Positions 28,235-45,814 of a stretch of DNA of 64,000 nt are shown here, piece by piece (positions within the stretch are counted from its first letter, which is position 1; every line of letters begins with the position of its first letter). Below the pieces are notes generated by a model. It searched no databases. It saw only the letters and a list, made by a program, of their open reading frames with translations, and was not told the origin of the DNA. The translations under genes and the position numbers were made by a program. Source of the stretch: the human T2T-CHM13v2.0 reference genome, Homo sapiens; the NCBI RefSeq assembly GCF_009914755.1, contig NC_060941.1, one strand, 5' to 3'.

Positions 28235-28415
28235 CCTACCTTAGGCAAGTCACTTACCCTGATTGAGCCTCAGTTTCTTAATCTGCAAAATGGAGATAAG
28301 AATACTACCTACCATGTAGGCTTAAGGTTTGTATGTGAGGATTAATGATGGGATACATGAAAAAGACTTAGCACAGTGCCCGGGACACAGTAGGTGTTCA
28401 ATAAATGTGAGCTTT
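28235..28415 (+). mobile_element. MIR SINE
   Basis: ggcaagtcactta..gagcctcagtttc..ctgcaaaatggagataa..cttagcacagtgcc..tcaataaatg. Confidence 0.8.
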
Positions 28416-29728
28416 TCAATGCGATGATGACGATGACAATGATGACGATGATGATGAAAAGAGGCTTTTGAAGCTAAAAAAAAATGCCCAAGAACGCCTC
28501 CTCCTCCCCTCACCCTGCTCTCTGGGGGGAAGGGCAAGTCCCAGCTCATTACTGGTGGGGGCTGCGTAGGGGGAGGTGTCAGATTGGAATCACTCCTGGG
28601 TCTGTTTGCAGCTTCCCTGTTTCATTAACACCTCCCTAGTGGTCTTCAGCTCATCCTGCTGGGGGAGGTGCTCCAGAAAGTTCTAACGGCCTCCTACCCA
28701 GCCCAGAGCTCAGTGCCTCTCACTTCTGGGCCTGTGCGCCAGGTGACATAGAGGCAGTTTTATGCTGGCCGCTGACCAGAGGTTGTCACTGTCCCCCTCT
28801 CCTGAGGGTCCTGGAAACCTGGTCAGGGGACGAAGCACCTGGAGCGGATCCTTCCTTTTATCCTCTTCCCTCAACCTCTAATCCATAGGTTTTAATCCCC
28901 CATCTCCTGGGCATCCCAACATGGCCACTTTCCCTTCCTTCAGAATCCCCCTGTGAACAGGGCGCAGTCTCAGGTTCCCATCCCACCCATCTCTTGCTAG
29001 CTGGATGCCCAAGGCAAGATGCTTGTCCTCTAGGACATTTAGTTGTCTCTTCTGTAAAATGAGGATGTCATACCTCACAGGGGGTTAGCACAGTGCCCAG
29101 TAAATTGTAAACTCTCAATAATTGTAGTTATTTTATGGGCAAATAAAATATTTATTTGCTCAAATATTGTAGTTATTTTATGGGCAAAACAACTGCTCTC
29201 AAAACTATGTTCTTAAATCGCAGAACTGTATGTAGCCCATTGGGGGTGGGTGGAAGGGGAGCAGGGCCAGAGCCCTGAGGACCATTAGCACCTCCAGAGA
29301 AGCTGGAAAGGGCTCGAGCTCTGCCTCCCAGTTAATTGGCTCAGCTCCTTCCCCAGATTGGGAAAGGGAGAGGGGCTGCTCTTTGAATCAGGACCAGGAG
29401 ATTTCTACCTCAGGCTCTGCAAAGGCTGCTTTGAAACAGGACTCCTCCTGACTGCACTCCAAGGATTTTTATGGAAATGCCTGTCCTTCGCCCCTGCCAT
29501 GTGCCCTCTCGGTCACAGTATTCCATTTCAGAGGACACCCTTCACCAGCTGCTGTGGGCCGGGGAGGAGGGGCTGGGCCTGTCTTTCTCCTGCCCTCTCT
29601 GCAGCCTGGCCCTTCTCCCCCTTCGGGCTCCAGCTTTCTTGGTAAGGTTTGTAGGCATCAGAAGGGAGATTCCATGAGAAGCAGTACCTTTGTGGTTTAT
29701 CTGCAACCTGAGAAAAAAATCCATGGGC

Positions 29729-30375
<647 letters not shown>

Positions 30376-31069
30376 CTTTCTTGCAGGCCGCCTGCTCCCT
30401 ACAACCGCAGACACATAAGCCCCTCCCGCCCTCTAGGAATATCCCTGCCCCACTTAGACCTTCAAGCAGGAATCACCCTTACTGATTTTGTATTCCCAGG
30501 TCCCACCACAGGGCCAGGCACGTGCTGGGTGTTTCACAATGATGCATGAACAAGTGAATAAGTCCTGAGGTTGGAGGCTGATTGCCTCCTCTTCCTCTTC
30601 TCTGAAGTGGGCTGGAGGGGCAGATCCCTGAGCACGCCTCCAGCCGGCCTTGACCTTCCACTTTCAAGCAGTGTCAGAGGAGGCAAGTCAGAAATCATCC
30701 CCAGCCACAGCTGGTCTTGCTTCTCTGAAACAAGGGAGCTAATTGAGGCTGAGGAGATGCTTCACAGCCTCCCTCAGCCCCTCAGCTCTGCAGAGACCCA
30801 CCTGTGCCAGACTTTCCGTCGACAGCCCCTTGCATAGATACAGGTATTAGCCTGGGTCAGGCACTGTGCATGGGGCTGGATCTTGTCTGAATCAGAGCCC
30901 TGAGGCCGACACACACTCTTAACAACAGTCTCGCTTCAGTGAGTGTGCGACCTGGAAGCCGTGTGCTTGGAACAGGAGGAGGAGTGATGTGGTGATGATG
31001 ATGGTACTAGCATTTGTTATGCACTTACCATGGGCTTACATGCCTCATCTTGTTTCCCTTACCATACTT

Positions 31070-31370
31070 TTTGTTTGTTTGTTTGTTTTCTTTTATAGAC
31101 AGGGTCTTGCTCTGTTGCCCAGGCTGGAGTGCAGTGATGCAATCATAGCTCACTGCAGCCTCCAACTCCGGGCTCAAGTGATCCTCCCACCTCAGCCTCC
31201 TGAGTAGCCTCCTTAGCCACTATGCCCAGCTGATTAAAAACGTTTTTGTTGTTGTTGAGATGGGATCTCCCTATGTTGCCCAGGCTGGCCTTGAACTCCT
31301 GAGCTCAAGTGATCCTCCTGCCTCGGCCTCCCGAGTAGCTGGGATTACAGGCATGAACCACCGCCCAGGC
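31070..31370 (-). mobile_element. AluJ-like SINE
   Basis: antisense, ggctcaagtgatcctcccacc diagnostic. Confidence 0.88.
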
Positions 31371-31684
31371 TTTCCGAGCTACCTTGACAAGCTCTAAGTG
31401 GGACATTCCAGTGGAGGTGCTGGGAGGCACCTCCATCCAGTTTCCCACTGGCTTTAGGTGGTGTTCCAGGCTGGAAGCCCAGAAGTGACAGCTCAGAGCT
31501 ACTGTGGGGTGCTGCAAAGAGCCTTGGCCCCACAGAGACTCCAGACATGGGTTCAAATCCTGGCTCTGCTCCCAGATTTGAAGGCTCAGGCCTGGGGTGA
31601 GTTTCTTAACCTCTGAGCTTAGTTTCCTCCCTGTAAGATAGAGCCAATAACTGCTTTCACCCACGGTTGTGCTGGGAGGCTTGA

Positions 31685-32344
<660 letters not shown>

Positions 32345-32451
32345 TGACTGCTGCAGGCTGATATTGATGGGCAGAATTGGTGCTGAGGTCCCAGTGGAGC
32401 AGCAGCTGGGCAGCCTGGGGCTTTAGGGGGAAGTGGGGTTCTCCCCCCACA

Positions 32452-32538
32452 CTTGAGGGGACCTGGGAGTGGGAGTCCTTGAGGGGACCTGGGAGTGTGA
32501 GTCCTTAAGGGGACCTGGGAGTGGGAGTCCTTAAGGGG
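32452..32538. repeat. 26-bp minisatellite x3.3 (CTTRAGGGGACCTGGGAGTGKGAGTC)
   Basis: units start at 32452, 32478, 32504 and partially 32530. Confidence 0.92.
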
Positions 32539-33267
32539 GCAGACACCACAATGATGAAATTTGGGGCTGGGGGCAGAGGGCCTCTAAGGACAGAACGCCA
32601 AGGCTTAGCTTAGGCTGTCATTCATCAAGTATTTATTGAGCACCTACTCTGTGCCAGCTGGGGATATAGCAGTGAGCAAGTCAGCGACAACCAATAAGTA
32701 AAATTATATAGTATGTTGTAAGAAAAGTAGAGCAGGGGAAGGGGACATAGAGCCCCGTGGTTGGGGGAGGGCACAATTTTAAACAGGGGGACTGTAAACA
32801 AAGACCTGGAGAAAGGGCAGAAGTGAGTCCCTGAGAGCATTTCAAGCAGTGGAAACTCTAAGTGCAAAGGCTTCTGGGTAGGAGTGTGCCTGGTGTGCTC
32901 TAGGCCAGCGTGGCTGGAGAGAGGTAAGGAGGGAGGACAGTGAGAGGAAATGGGACAGACGGAGAGGTCACGGAAATAGAGGCTGGGTGCTACTGGGAGC
33001 GGACAGCCCAGGGCTGGAAGCTGCCCAACTCCAACCTGCGCAGCCTCCGTACAAGGGTAGCTTCCAGAACATGGTTCCAGAGCCAACTGACCAGGTCCCA
33101 GACACTTCACCTGCTTTGTCGATGAGATCGTGTGAATTAGGTTCTATCATTACCCTGTTGTAAAGCTGGGGAGACTGAGGCTTAGAGACATTTGACAACT
33201 TGCCCCAGGCCATGTGACAGAGCTGGAACTCAAACCCAAGTCTGACTCCAGAATTGTGGCTTTTGTT

Positions 33268-34612
<1,345 letters not shown>

Positions 34613-36635
34613 CACTCCTCTATGCTGTCAATAATTCTGCCTTTGGGTGGGTGGGAGGGAATGGTCAGGGACTATTGCAACAGTTGAGGGAATGACGACG
34701 TGTTTAGCCAGGAGCATGGAAGCCCCCAGGTGGTGGGAAGGCAGTGATTGTGGTATTCCAGTTACAGAGGGGCTTTCGTGGAGCAGAGTGATGACCCAGA
34801 AGGCAGAAACAGGACCAGTACGAGGCCCAGGGAGGCAAAAAGCAGCTCAATCTAGCAAGATTCCAGAAGTGGAAGAGGATACCTTGGAGGTAGTGAGCTC
34901 CCTGTCACTAGAGTTGTGCGAGACCTCAGTTGATCACTCAGAATATTTCACAGGGGCTTCAGACAGAAGATATGTTTGGGGTTGATGGCCTCTGATCCCT
35001 TCTATGATTCCATAAGGAAGGAGGGAGCTCAAAGGTTCAGCCAGCAGGGTGGGATGGACGGGGCTGCAGCTGATAGGTATGCCCTCCTCTGTGCCTGGGG
35101 AAGTCTTGTGCTTTGAAGCCTAGCTGTGCAGGAGATTCCCTTAAGTTGCCATCACCCTGGAGCCTGAACCCAAGCCCTGGCCCAACCCATCCATAGGTCT
35201 TGGAGACCTGGACTGGAAGAGAGGAAGAGAGACTAAGATGTGCCTCCATCGCCTGCCAGGTGCTGCTTGCAGGCAGAACGGAAGAAACAGACTTTAGAAC
35301 CTGGTGGACCTTGGTTCAGTTGCTGCCTCAGCCATTGGCTGAGTGGCTTTGGGCAATTTCTTTAATGTCTCTGATCCTAATTTTCTTCATCTGGGAGCAA
35401 GGGGTTGTCACCTCTCTTGTGGGGTTTCCTGCAGAATAACAATAACAGGGGCCTGGAGCCTGGCAGGTGCTCAGTTAACTGCACTGATCAGAATTAAGCT
35501 CCTTACAATTTTCCTTTTAGCACCCTTGGAAGCCAAGGACCCAAGCCAGCCACACCCCCAACATACCCCATCCTGTGACTGCTCCCCATGGCTTGGTCCC
35601 TGCCAGCCTCATAACCTGGATGAACCTCAGCCTTTTATCTCCTACTGAGGGCTGGGAGTGCAGACTCCGCATCTAGAACCCAACAGGGCCACAGTATACA
35701 CCCAAGCCAGCTCAGGGCCCCTTTCTTGTTCTGACAGGTGGGGCTAAGTGACGGCCTGACACTGACATCCTGTCTGTCTGTCTATCCTCTGCCTCTTCCT
35801 GTCCCTGTAGCTGCTGACCCTGGTGTTTCCCCACTCCCGGCTTCCCAGTCCCTCTCAGCCCTGCACCTTGTGCCCCTGCTCACTTCCTTGCACATTGCAC
35901 CCAGAGATCCCCCCACAACCACCAGCCCAGCCCATTGTGGAGAAAAAATCAAATCTCATTAAAGGCCATCGATTTTCTTCCAAATTTGCTGTGAGTACAC
36001 TTTGAGGCTCTTCTGTATTCCTGCCTGCTCCCACCTCAGCCCCTCAACTACCCCTGCAGCTACGCCGGGGAAACAGGGGTGTCAGGGTTGGCAGGTGGCA
36101 TGGAGGGCAAGGGGGCCCCCAGCCCCCCTTGGCCCTTCAATGTGGCAAGACCCTGGGTATGTCACTGATTTCTGGGGAGGGAGTATTTCCCCGTCTGTCT
36201 ATCCCCGTCTTCCTACAGGGCTTGGGCTGTGTGTTGCATTGTGTATCTGTCTGTGTGTCAGTTTGTGTTTTGTGTGTATCTCTGTGGTGTGTCTCTGTGC
36301 ATCTGTGTCTTTCCATTTCTGCATCTGTGCATCTGCCTCTGTGTGTACAGGTGTGTTTGCGTGACTGCAGGGGGCATGGGGGGCTGGGCTTGCAGTTGAA
36401 CTCTGGATGCTCTGCTGCCCATGAGATAGCCAGCCTGGGGAAGGGGCTTGACTTGGGATAAACCCAAGATATGATTCTCCTCCACCAGGGGCCAGAGGCT
36501 GGGCTGGGATCTGAAAAGGGCACAGGCTTCCCTGCTGCCTCCTGCCCCCTCCTGTCCCTATGGAAATGGGACACCCTGCTGATTTCCTTGCGATGTTAGA
36601 TTTGGGGTTTTGGGGGCTGGTGGAAGAGACTTCAG

Positions 36636-36942
<307 letters not shown>

Positions 36943-39594
36943 TCATATGGGGGCATCATTTCAAACCTGATGTCGGATTCCTTCATCCCCTAATCTGAAC
37001 TAAAGGGTCCCAGGTGGGGGACAGTTAGAGTTGGATGGACATATACTTGCCTGGTGAGTCTGGAGAGAGCGGACTAAGAGAGAAGGCTGGGCAGTGGCGG
37101 TGCCCTGCAGGGGTATGGCATGAGGGCATTCATGTCTGCCTGGGTCATGCTCCTGGGGTAATGTCAAACATCAAGGTCAGCCTTGACAGGGACAAAAAAA
37201 AGTCACAGAAGGGGCCCTTTGGCCTTTGTTGGGTGGGGAGGCTTGTGATCTGGTTGTAAGCCGAGCATCTTCCCTCTAGCCCATTCGCTAGGCCCAGAGG
37301 TCAGCTGCGATCCTGAATTGGCCCTCCAAGCCCTGGGACACTGCCCCACGCCCCAGGGTGGGCATCTTGATGGAGCCCCTACTGATATGGGGCACGGGGT
37401 ATGTTCCCAGTTGTGTGCCCTCAATGAAGTATCACTGCCGCCTTTTGCCCCAGCCCTGCACAGGCGTGTCATGTGAGTTCATGGCTGTGCATGTGTGTTC
37501 TCCCTGCAGCCTCTGCCGGGGAGCTGGAAGCAGCCCTTCGGATTCCAGGGACAGGCCAGATTTATGATACTGGGAGAAATATTTAGGCCTGAGACAGTTT
37601 GGTTGTGTTAATTATGGAAATCTAAAGATAATCTATATTTAATGCTGAATTTTGTCAAATTTGCTAAAGAATTAGGGGAGCGTGTGCAAACAGTGACACT
37701 TCAATGAAGAACAAGGTGCAATTAAACTCTGAAATTTACAGTGGAATAATTGGAGAGCATGACAAATATAGTTATCAGCAGCAACTAATTAGGGGTGTGC
37801 TCGAGGTTTCTGGGCTTGATTAATCTCACCTGGATGCTAATAAGTTATGTAGGGCAGATGATAACTGGTTTGTCTCCTCCTTCCTTCTACCCTCTCTCCA
37901 AAGCACTTGAGGGGTAAGAATGTGACCCATTCAGTTCATCCCTCTGTGCAGCCCAGCCTGAAGGGGAGGGTGGGGGCACTCCAGCTCCTATGCTGGGACC
38001 CCTGCCCAGGTAGGGATGATGTGAACACCTTGCGCTGCCCCTGCTCAGGCATCCTGGGGGCTCCCTGGTTGGTAAGTTCTTCTTGGTGTCTCACTTGAGG
38101 CTTGTTGGGATTGGGGGAGAGTGGCTTGGAGCCTGTGTTGGGGTCTCGCTGAGCCTCAGTGGGCCAGATTCATTCCCTTGCTGTTGATGTAGCTGTCTGA
38201 CTCCCACCTCTGCTTCCACTTCATGCCCGGTGGGAAGGGGCACTGGAAGCCCCCGCTTGGACCTGCAATAGATCCCATGCACCGTCTTCCTTGGCTGGGC
38301 ACTTCCGTCCCTCTCCCCTCCCAGGATTCTGCTAATCTTCCTCACTGCTGATTGTGGCCAAGCCTTGGATTCATTGATTAAAGTTTAGGCTGGAGCTGAT
38401 GCTATTACCCTGCTGGAGTGTGGCCAGCACCCTGGGCACCACCGCCAAGTCCAGCTGTGAAACAAGCACCGCCACCTCCCTTTCTCTGTCTCTCACCCTG
38501 TCTCTGATTCTGTGTCCAGTCTCTCCCCTGTCCTGGAGCCTCCCTCAGACCTGCTGCCCTTGTCACCCTTCAGGGGCCTACCTGGTATGACCAGCTGACG
38601 GGGGAGAGGTGATCACCTTCCCAAGAACTCTACCTTCTGCCATCCACCCCTTCCTCAGAAGTCCTCCTGACTGTCAGCTGCCCCACCTGGGGTCCCCCAA
38701 GGCAGCTCTGTGCATAGACCCCACCCTGAGCACCCCTTGCCATCTCCAGCCACTTGCTCAGTGTCATTGGCCACAGGATGGAGACTCTGATTGACAGTCT
38801 CAGATGAGGCTGATGAATCCAAAATGGGACGTTAGATGAACTTCTTTGTGAATGTCATCAGTACAACCGGGTCTCTCAAAGCATGAGCATCCATGAGCAC
38901 GCATGTCATAGGAGGCCGGTGTCTGCTGTGACTGGTGGAGGGGATGCTGGATAGGACAGGGGCCTTCAGCGTCTCCTTCAGAGATGAGGGGTGTGGCTTC
39001 TTTGAGGCCTGCTTCTCTTCTTGCTTTTGGGATGAGGAGCTTTGGGGTCAGACACACCCAGACTTGTGTCCCGGCCCTGGGGGTCCTGGGCTCTTCTTTT
39101 CCCAGGTCTCGTTTTCCTTCTTGTAGCACAGGGATAATTCCTTCACAGTGAGGAGCGCAGGAAACGGCTAGGAACTGAGCAGGCTCTGAGTACATGGGCA
39201 CCCTCCCCTCCCCACTCCTGCTCCTTCCAGCTCCCCACCCCTCCACCCTTCAGGTGGACTTGCACACTGTTTTAATCAATGCTAGGATGCTGACGTGAAG
39301 GAAGCTGGGGTGGGAACCAGAGCCCAGAGCTTCACCTCACCCCAAAGCTGCTTGAGTCAGGGAACCCACCTAGCTTGAAGTCTGGTGTGTAAAGGTAAGA
39401 AAAAGGCTTTGTAAAGTCTCCAGCGAGGTCAGAAGTGCTGCTCTTGTTAGTGAGTAACAATGTGCTGGAGGAGTGAGTTCCAGTAGGCTCCTCACCTCTG
39501 CTCTCTCTCCACCTGATATGCCTAAAATGTAAATCCTATCATGGCCTACCCCTGCTCAGAAACCTTCAATAACTCCCTATTGCCTCCACGATAA

Positions 39595-40692
<1,098 letters not shown>

Positions 40693-40722
40693 TGACGTTC
40701 TGGGTCCCCAGGGCAGGGTTGA

Positions 40723-41022
<300 letters not shown>

Positions 41023-42035
41023 GAGTTGGCTCATTTTACAGATGGGGAAGCACACCTTGATCATGGCTCTGTCTTTCAGAGACTGGAAAGTCACAGGTGC
41101 AGAATGCTCTGGACAGACTAAGGCTTAGAGCAAATTTGCTGAGGGTGACGTGGCCTGTAAGGGGAAGGGTTGACACTCGAACCCAGGCCTTTCTGACTGC
41201 CGGGTGAGTGTGTTTTTCTCCACATCAGTTTTTCTGATTATTCAAGATGTAGGTTTAATTCTGTCATTGTCACAGCCCTGACTCTGAGGCAAATGTAAAT
41301 GGTGCCCCAGGCCTCAGACCCCAGCCCCCAAATCCCCACATGCTGCGCATCTGCGGACAGTCTGAGCCACAGCTTTCTGTGAAATGGTCAGGTGATGCGT
41401 AGCCTCTTCCTCACAGGGTTATTGTAGGACAGAATGAGATGATGCCCGCAGAGACCCCTGTGCTCCAGGATGGACCCCCTGCGAACCTGGGCTGGGACAT
41501 TTCCCCAGGGGCTCTTAGTCTGTCTCTTGGGGGCTGGGACGGGGAATGCAAACACCTGCAGGTCTCCTTCAGCCCCTTTTGGGGGAAAGAAAAGAGACCT
41601 GGGGTCTCCTTCCTCAGGATTCTCCAGCCCTTGCAGCTGCTGGAAGTGAGCGGGCTCCGTCACCATGGCAACGTGGCCCAGCCGCCTGCAGGGCCAGTCC
41701 TGTGCCAGCCGCCGTTGACCTCACTTAGGATGATTACCTTTCGGCAAATAAAATAATTGTGTTAATAAAGAGGCTGTTCGCCTCTCATTCCCCATCCCGC
41801 TTTGCCTGTTTCCCATCCCTATCCGGTGGAAAGAGGATTCTCTCCACCTGGTTACCCCTGGCCTGTGGGATGCCTTACTCTTAAATTGTTGACGAGACCC
41901 TGACTGGGTTATAATCTTGGCCAATATTAATCGTGTCCCACCATTCCCTTCTTGCCTTCTGCCTCCTTGCCCTGGTGTCTCTTTTGAAGTTGTACAATTG
42001 AGATTATACTACTCATCCTGTCTTCTTTGGACACT

Positions 42036-42340
42036 GTTTTTTTTTTTTTTTTTTTTTTTTTGAGACCAGCTTGGTCACTGAAGCTGGAGTGCAGTGGTGC
42101 AATCTTGGCTCACACAACCTGCGCCTCCTGGATTCAAGCAATTCTCCTGCCTCAGCCTCCCGAGTAGCTGGGATTACAGGCACACGCCACCACGCCCAGC
42201 TGATTTTTTTGTATTTTTAGTAGAGATAGGGTATCGCCATGTTGGCCAGGCTGGTCTTGAAATCCTGACCTCAAGTGATCTGCCCACCTCAGCCTCTCAA
42301 AGTGTTGGGATTACAGGTGTGAGCCACTGCGCCCAGCCTG
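42036..42340 (-). mobile_element. Alu SINE (plus Alu monomer fragment at ~42535-42650)
   Basis: antisense Alu. Confidence 0.9.
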
Positions 42341-43794
42341 GACATATTTTTGAACATCAACAGGGCCTCCCTAGCTGTTATAGTAATAAGTTCTATTTTT
42401 TGAGGGCCTACTGTGTTTTATACTCTTTATGAATGCCTTTGCAAATGCCCTCTCTCTAATCCCTTTAACAATTGTGCAAGTCAGGAGCTTCAATACCATT
42501 TTACTGAGAGAGAAAATGTGTATGTATATATTTTGAGTCTGGGTCCCCCTATGTTGCTCAGGCTGGTCTCAAACTCCTGGCCTCAAGCAATCCTCTGGCC
42601 TTGGCCTCTCAAAGTGCTAGGATTATAGGCACGAGCCACTGCACCTGGCCAAAATGTATGTTTTGGCAGGGCTAGAAACATGTGTTGGTTCAGCTCCTGG
42701 ATTGCAGAACAGGCTTCTCTAACTGTGCCTGGGAACATTCAGTTCAGCTGCAGGCAGATACACACTTGCCATGGGCTCAAAACTGGGCTGGGCTTCCGGA
42801 GGGGAAGAAGAGAGAAACAGAGACCCTAGGAAGCTCCGAGTCATGGATCAGGTGGGTGGGAGTAGATGGATATAACCATGGAAAATGGACATGCAGGATG
42901 CAGTGTGAGATGCAAGGTGCAGTGTGGCCAGTGCTCCGAGACCAAGAGAATGATGGAGACCCTGTGCCAGGTGCTGCAGAAGCGGACCCCCAGAGAGACA
43001 CTGACTCAGCGATGGAGGCCCTGAGAGAGATGAGGAGGATGAGACTGGCAGTTACTGAGCCTCTGATAAGCAGCTGACACTTTGCTGAGTGCTTCAAACT
43101 TGTTATTTCACACAATGCTCATCACAACCCCATTTTACAGATGGGGAAAGTAAGGCTTAGAAATTTCAAGTGAATTTCTCAAGGTTACACAGCTCATGTA
43201 GAGCCAGGATTCAAACCCAGATCAGCCTGACCTCCCTGCCTGGACTTAGTGGTCTTTTGACTCCATCAGGCTGATCAAGGATGGAGAGAGAGAGAGAGGA
43301 GAGTGAGTGAGAGAGAGAAAGAGAGAGAGAGAGACCCATGAAACAGATTGAGCAAGGCATGGAGTGCAGGCTTCATGCACACGGTGGGGCCTCTTCTGGG
43401 TCTGACAATGCCTTAGCCCCTGTTCTTTGAGGCTCTTGTTTAAGATTTGCCAAAAAGAGGTCACCCAAATTATGGCCGATTTAGAAAGTTTACTTTTCAC
43501 CAGTGCACACAAAATAGTGCAAAGAGATTAGGCTCTTCGAAAGGTCATTTTAAGCCTTTCAAATAGTGACAGGGCCCTGCAGGCAGTGTCATCCTACATT
43601 CTCACACTGCAAGGGGACTGCCCTCGCTGGATTCTAGGGTCTCTCCCATGACTGGAGGAAAAGTGTCATCTGGACACTATGTCAGAAGTCTAGATTTGGC
43701 GCCCTCTGTGAGTCTGAGGGCGTCTCCCCTTCTGCACCCGGCCACCCCCATGAGAGGTCCTGCCAAGTGGGTGAGCTGCGGCGGCAGGCAGGGG

Positions 43795-43825
43795 TGCAGT
43801 GCCCATCATTCACACTAGATGGCGC
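43795..43825 (+). promoter_or_regulatory. CTCF motif with upstream (ZF9-11) module
   Basis: TGCAGTGCC + 5-nt spacer + TTCACACTAGATGGCGC. Confidence 0.6.
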
Positions 43826-44383
43826 TCTGACATTGGACAATCCTCTGAGCATGTGGCTGCCTAGTGGCCAGAGGGCAGGGCTGGATGGCTTTGAGGGGAG
43901 GCTGGTCTCACTGGACCTGACACCCCGACCTAGGGTAGGCCAAGGGGCGCCGGAGATGTCAGAAGCCAGGCTAGGGACCAGGAACTCTGCTCCTCCACCC
44001 GTGACTCCTGGTCATTCTTGGGTCGGGGCTGAAAGCGGGGCAGTGGGAGGAGCAGAGGGACCAGAGGGCAGCTGGAGGGGAGGGATGGGGTCGGGGGGGG
44101 CACATCAGCAGGCCCTGGTGGGGCAGCCCGGCACCCCTCAGCCAGTTAAGGGCCTGGGGAAGGTTGTCCTCTCATTGACCACTAAAGCCTAGGGCTGTAG
44201 ACCTGGGGTCTCCCAGGAGTGGTTTGGCCATCTGCCTTGCCCTTGGACAAGGGGGCTGGGTAAGAGGCATGGGGGCTTGTTTACAATGCCTGCAGCTGGT
44301 AGGAAAGGAAGCCTTGGCAGATGTGACTGAAGGATCAGCTTTGCTTGGAGAGCAAGACCCAGGCACAGGACCTAAAGGCCTCA

Positions 44384-44544
44384 GGTTTGTGTCCCTGTTT
44401 AGGCATGTGACCTTGGGCAAGCCACTAAGACCTCTGCTTCCTAATCGTTTCTGCTTTCAGAGTTGGGAACCTTGAATGAGATCATGCACACAAAGGCACT
44501 CAGCACACCAAATGCAGGGCATCCCTCCTGTCCTGCCAGTTTGC
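44384..44544 (+). repeat. Local duplication copy 1 (MIR-derived unit)
   Basis: 154/161 aligned positions identical to 45815-45990. Confidence 0.92.
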
Positions 44545-45814
44545 GGAAGTGGCATCTTGCATTATTTCCCTGCCTGCAGGCCCAGTAAACACTCAGTGCT
44601 GTTGAGTGATTGGTGCCTGGGGGTGGAGGCAGCTGGAATTGGCAGTGTTCCAAAAGGGGCCTCCAAACCTTGTACTTGGGGGAGTATCCTTGAGAGACCC
44701 CGTCCTCAGATGTCCACATTTTCCCTGTTTGGAAATGCATGCCTTGGAGCTGGGCCTGACTGCTCCGCTTGCCCGCTCTTTGTCTCGTCCGTTGTCTGGG
44801 GCTCTGCGGGATCTAGAGAGAAAGAAAGGAAATCCCCAGCACTTGCTTGTGGGACAAGAAAGCAGAGGGGTGGGCTTTTCAGGGGACCTCTTCTCCAGCA
44901 GTCTGCTTGCCTACTTCCCTCACATCTGGTGCCAGGGGCGGAAACTGAGGCAAGGGAGAACCTTAAGGACAAACTACAAATCCCTGAATGCTAATAGGGA
45001 TAGGAGAGTGAGGTGGTGAATTGACTTCCCGGTCCCATTGCAGGGACTGAGGGGGTCTGTAACCCTCGACTCCTGGGGGAGAGGTCTCGAATGGTTCGCT
45101 AGAGACATTCGAGGAGTTAGGAGATGGGCAGGGAAAGGTCTGGGAGGAGGAAGTTGAGGGTAAGGGCATTGGGGGCAGATTTATTTGGTTAACAAATGTT
45201 CCACAAACGCTCAGTGAGAACCTCATGTGGGCTAGGCACTGGTCTAGGTGCTGGGACTCGGGGGCCCAGGTGAATAAGCTTCCCGTCCTGGGCGAGTTTC
45301 CTGGAGTAAAAATCAGGCTGGCTGGGGCTTAACTCTATGTGGCTGCCCCATATCATCTAACACCTCTAAGTCCCAGTTTCATCATCTGTAAGATGGGAAT
45401 AATAACAATGTCTCCCCCACGGGATGACCATGAATGTTAGATGCATGGAAGGTGCTTAGCACCCAGCTCCTGCATTTAACAAACGTGAACGGAGGTGGAG
45501 TTTGTCAGTATTATTGTGATCAAAGCTCTGGAGACTGTGACCTTGAGCAGATTGCTCACCCTCTTTGAACCTTGGGTTCCTTATCTGAGAAATGGGTTCA
45601 TGACATCTGCCCTGCCTGTTACCACGGGACCCTGTTGTTAAACCAACTGAGATAATGCATGGGAGCACAGGGGATCTGTAAACTACATCACACACAGAGG
45701 GGAATGGTCCATTTAAATGATTTGGGGTACACATGTGTGCATGTATTTGTGCACATGTGTGCATGTGTGCACCACTATCAGAGACCCCAGCATTTGTGCT
45801 CCATCTTTCCTGCG

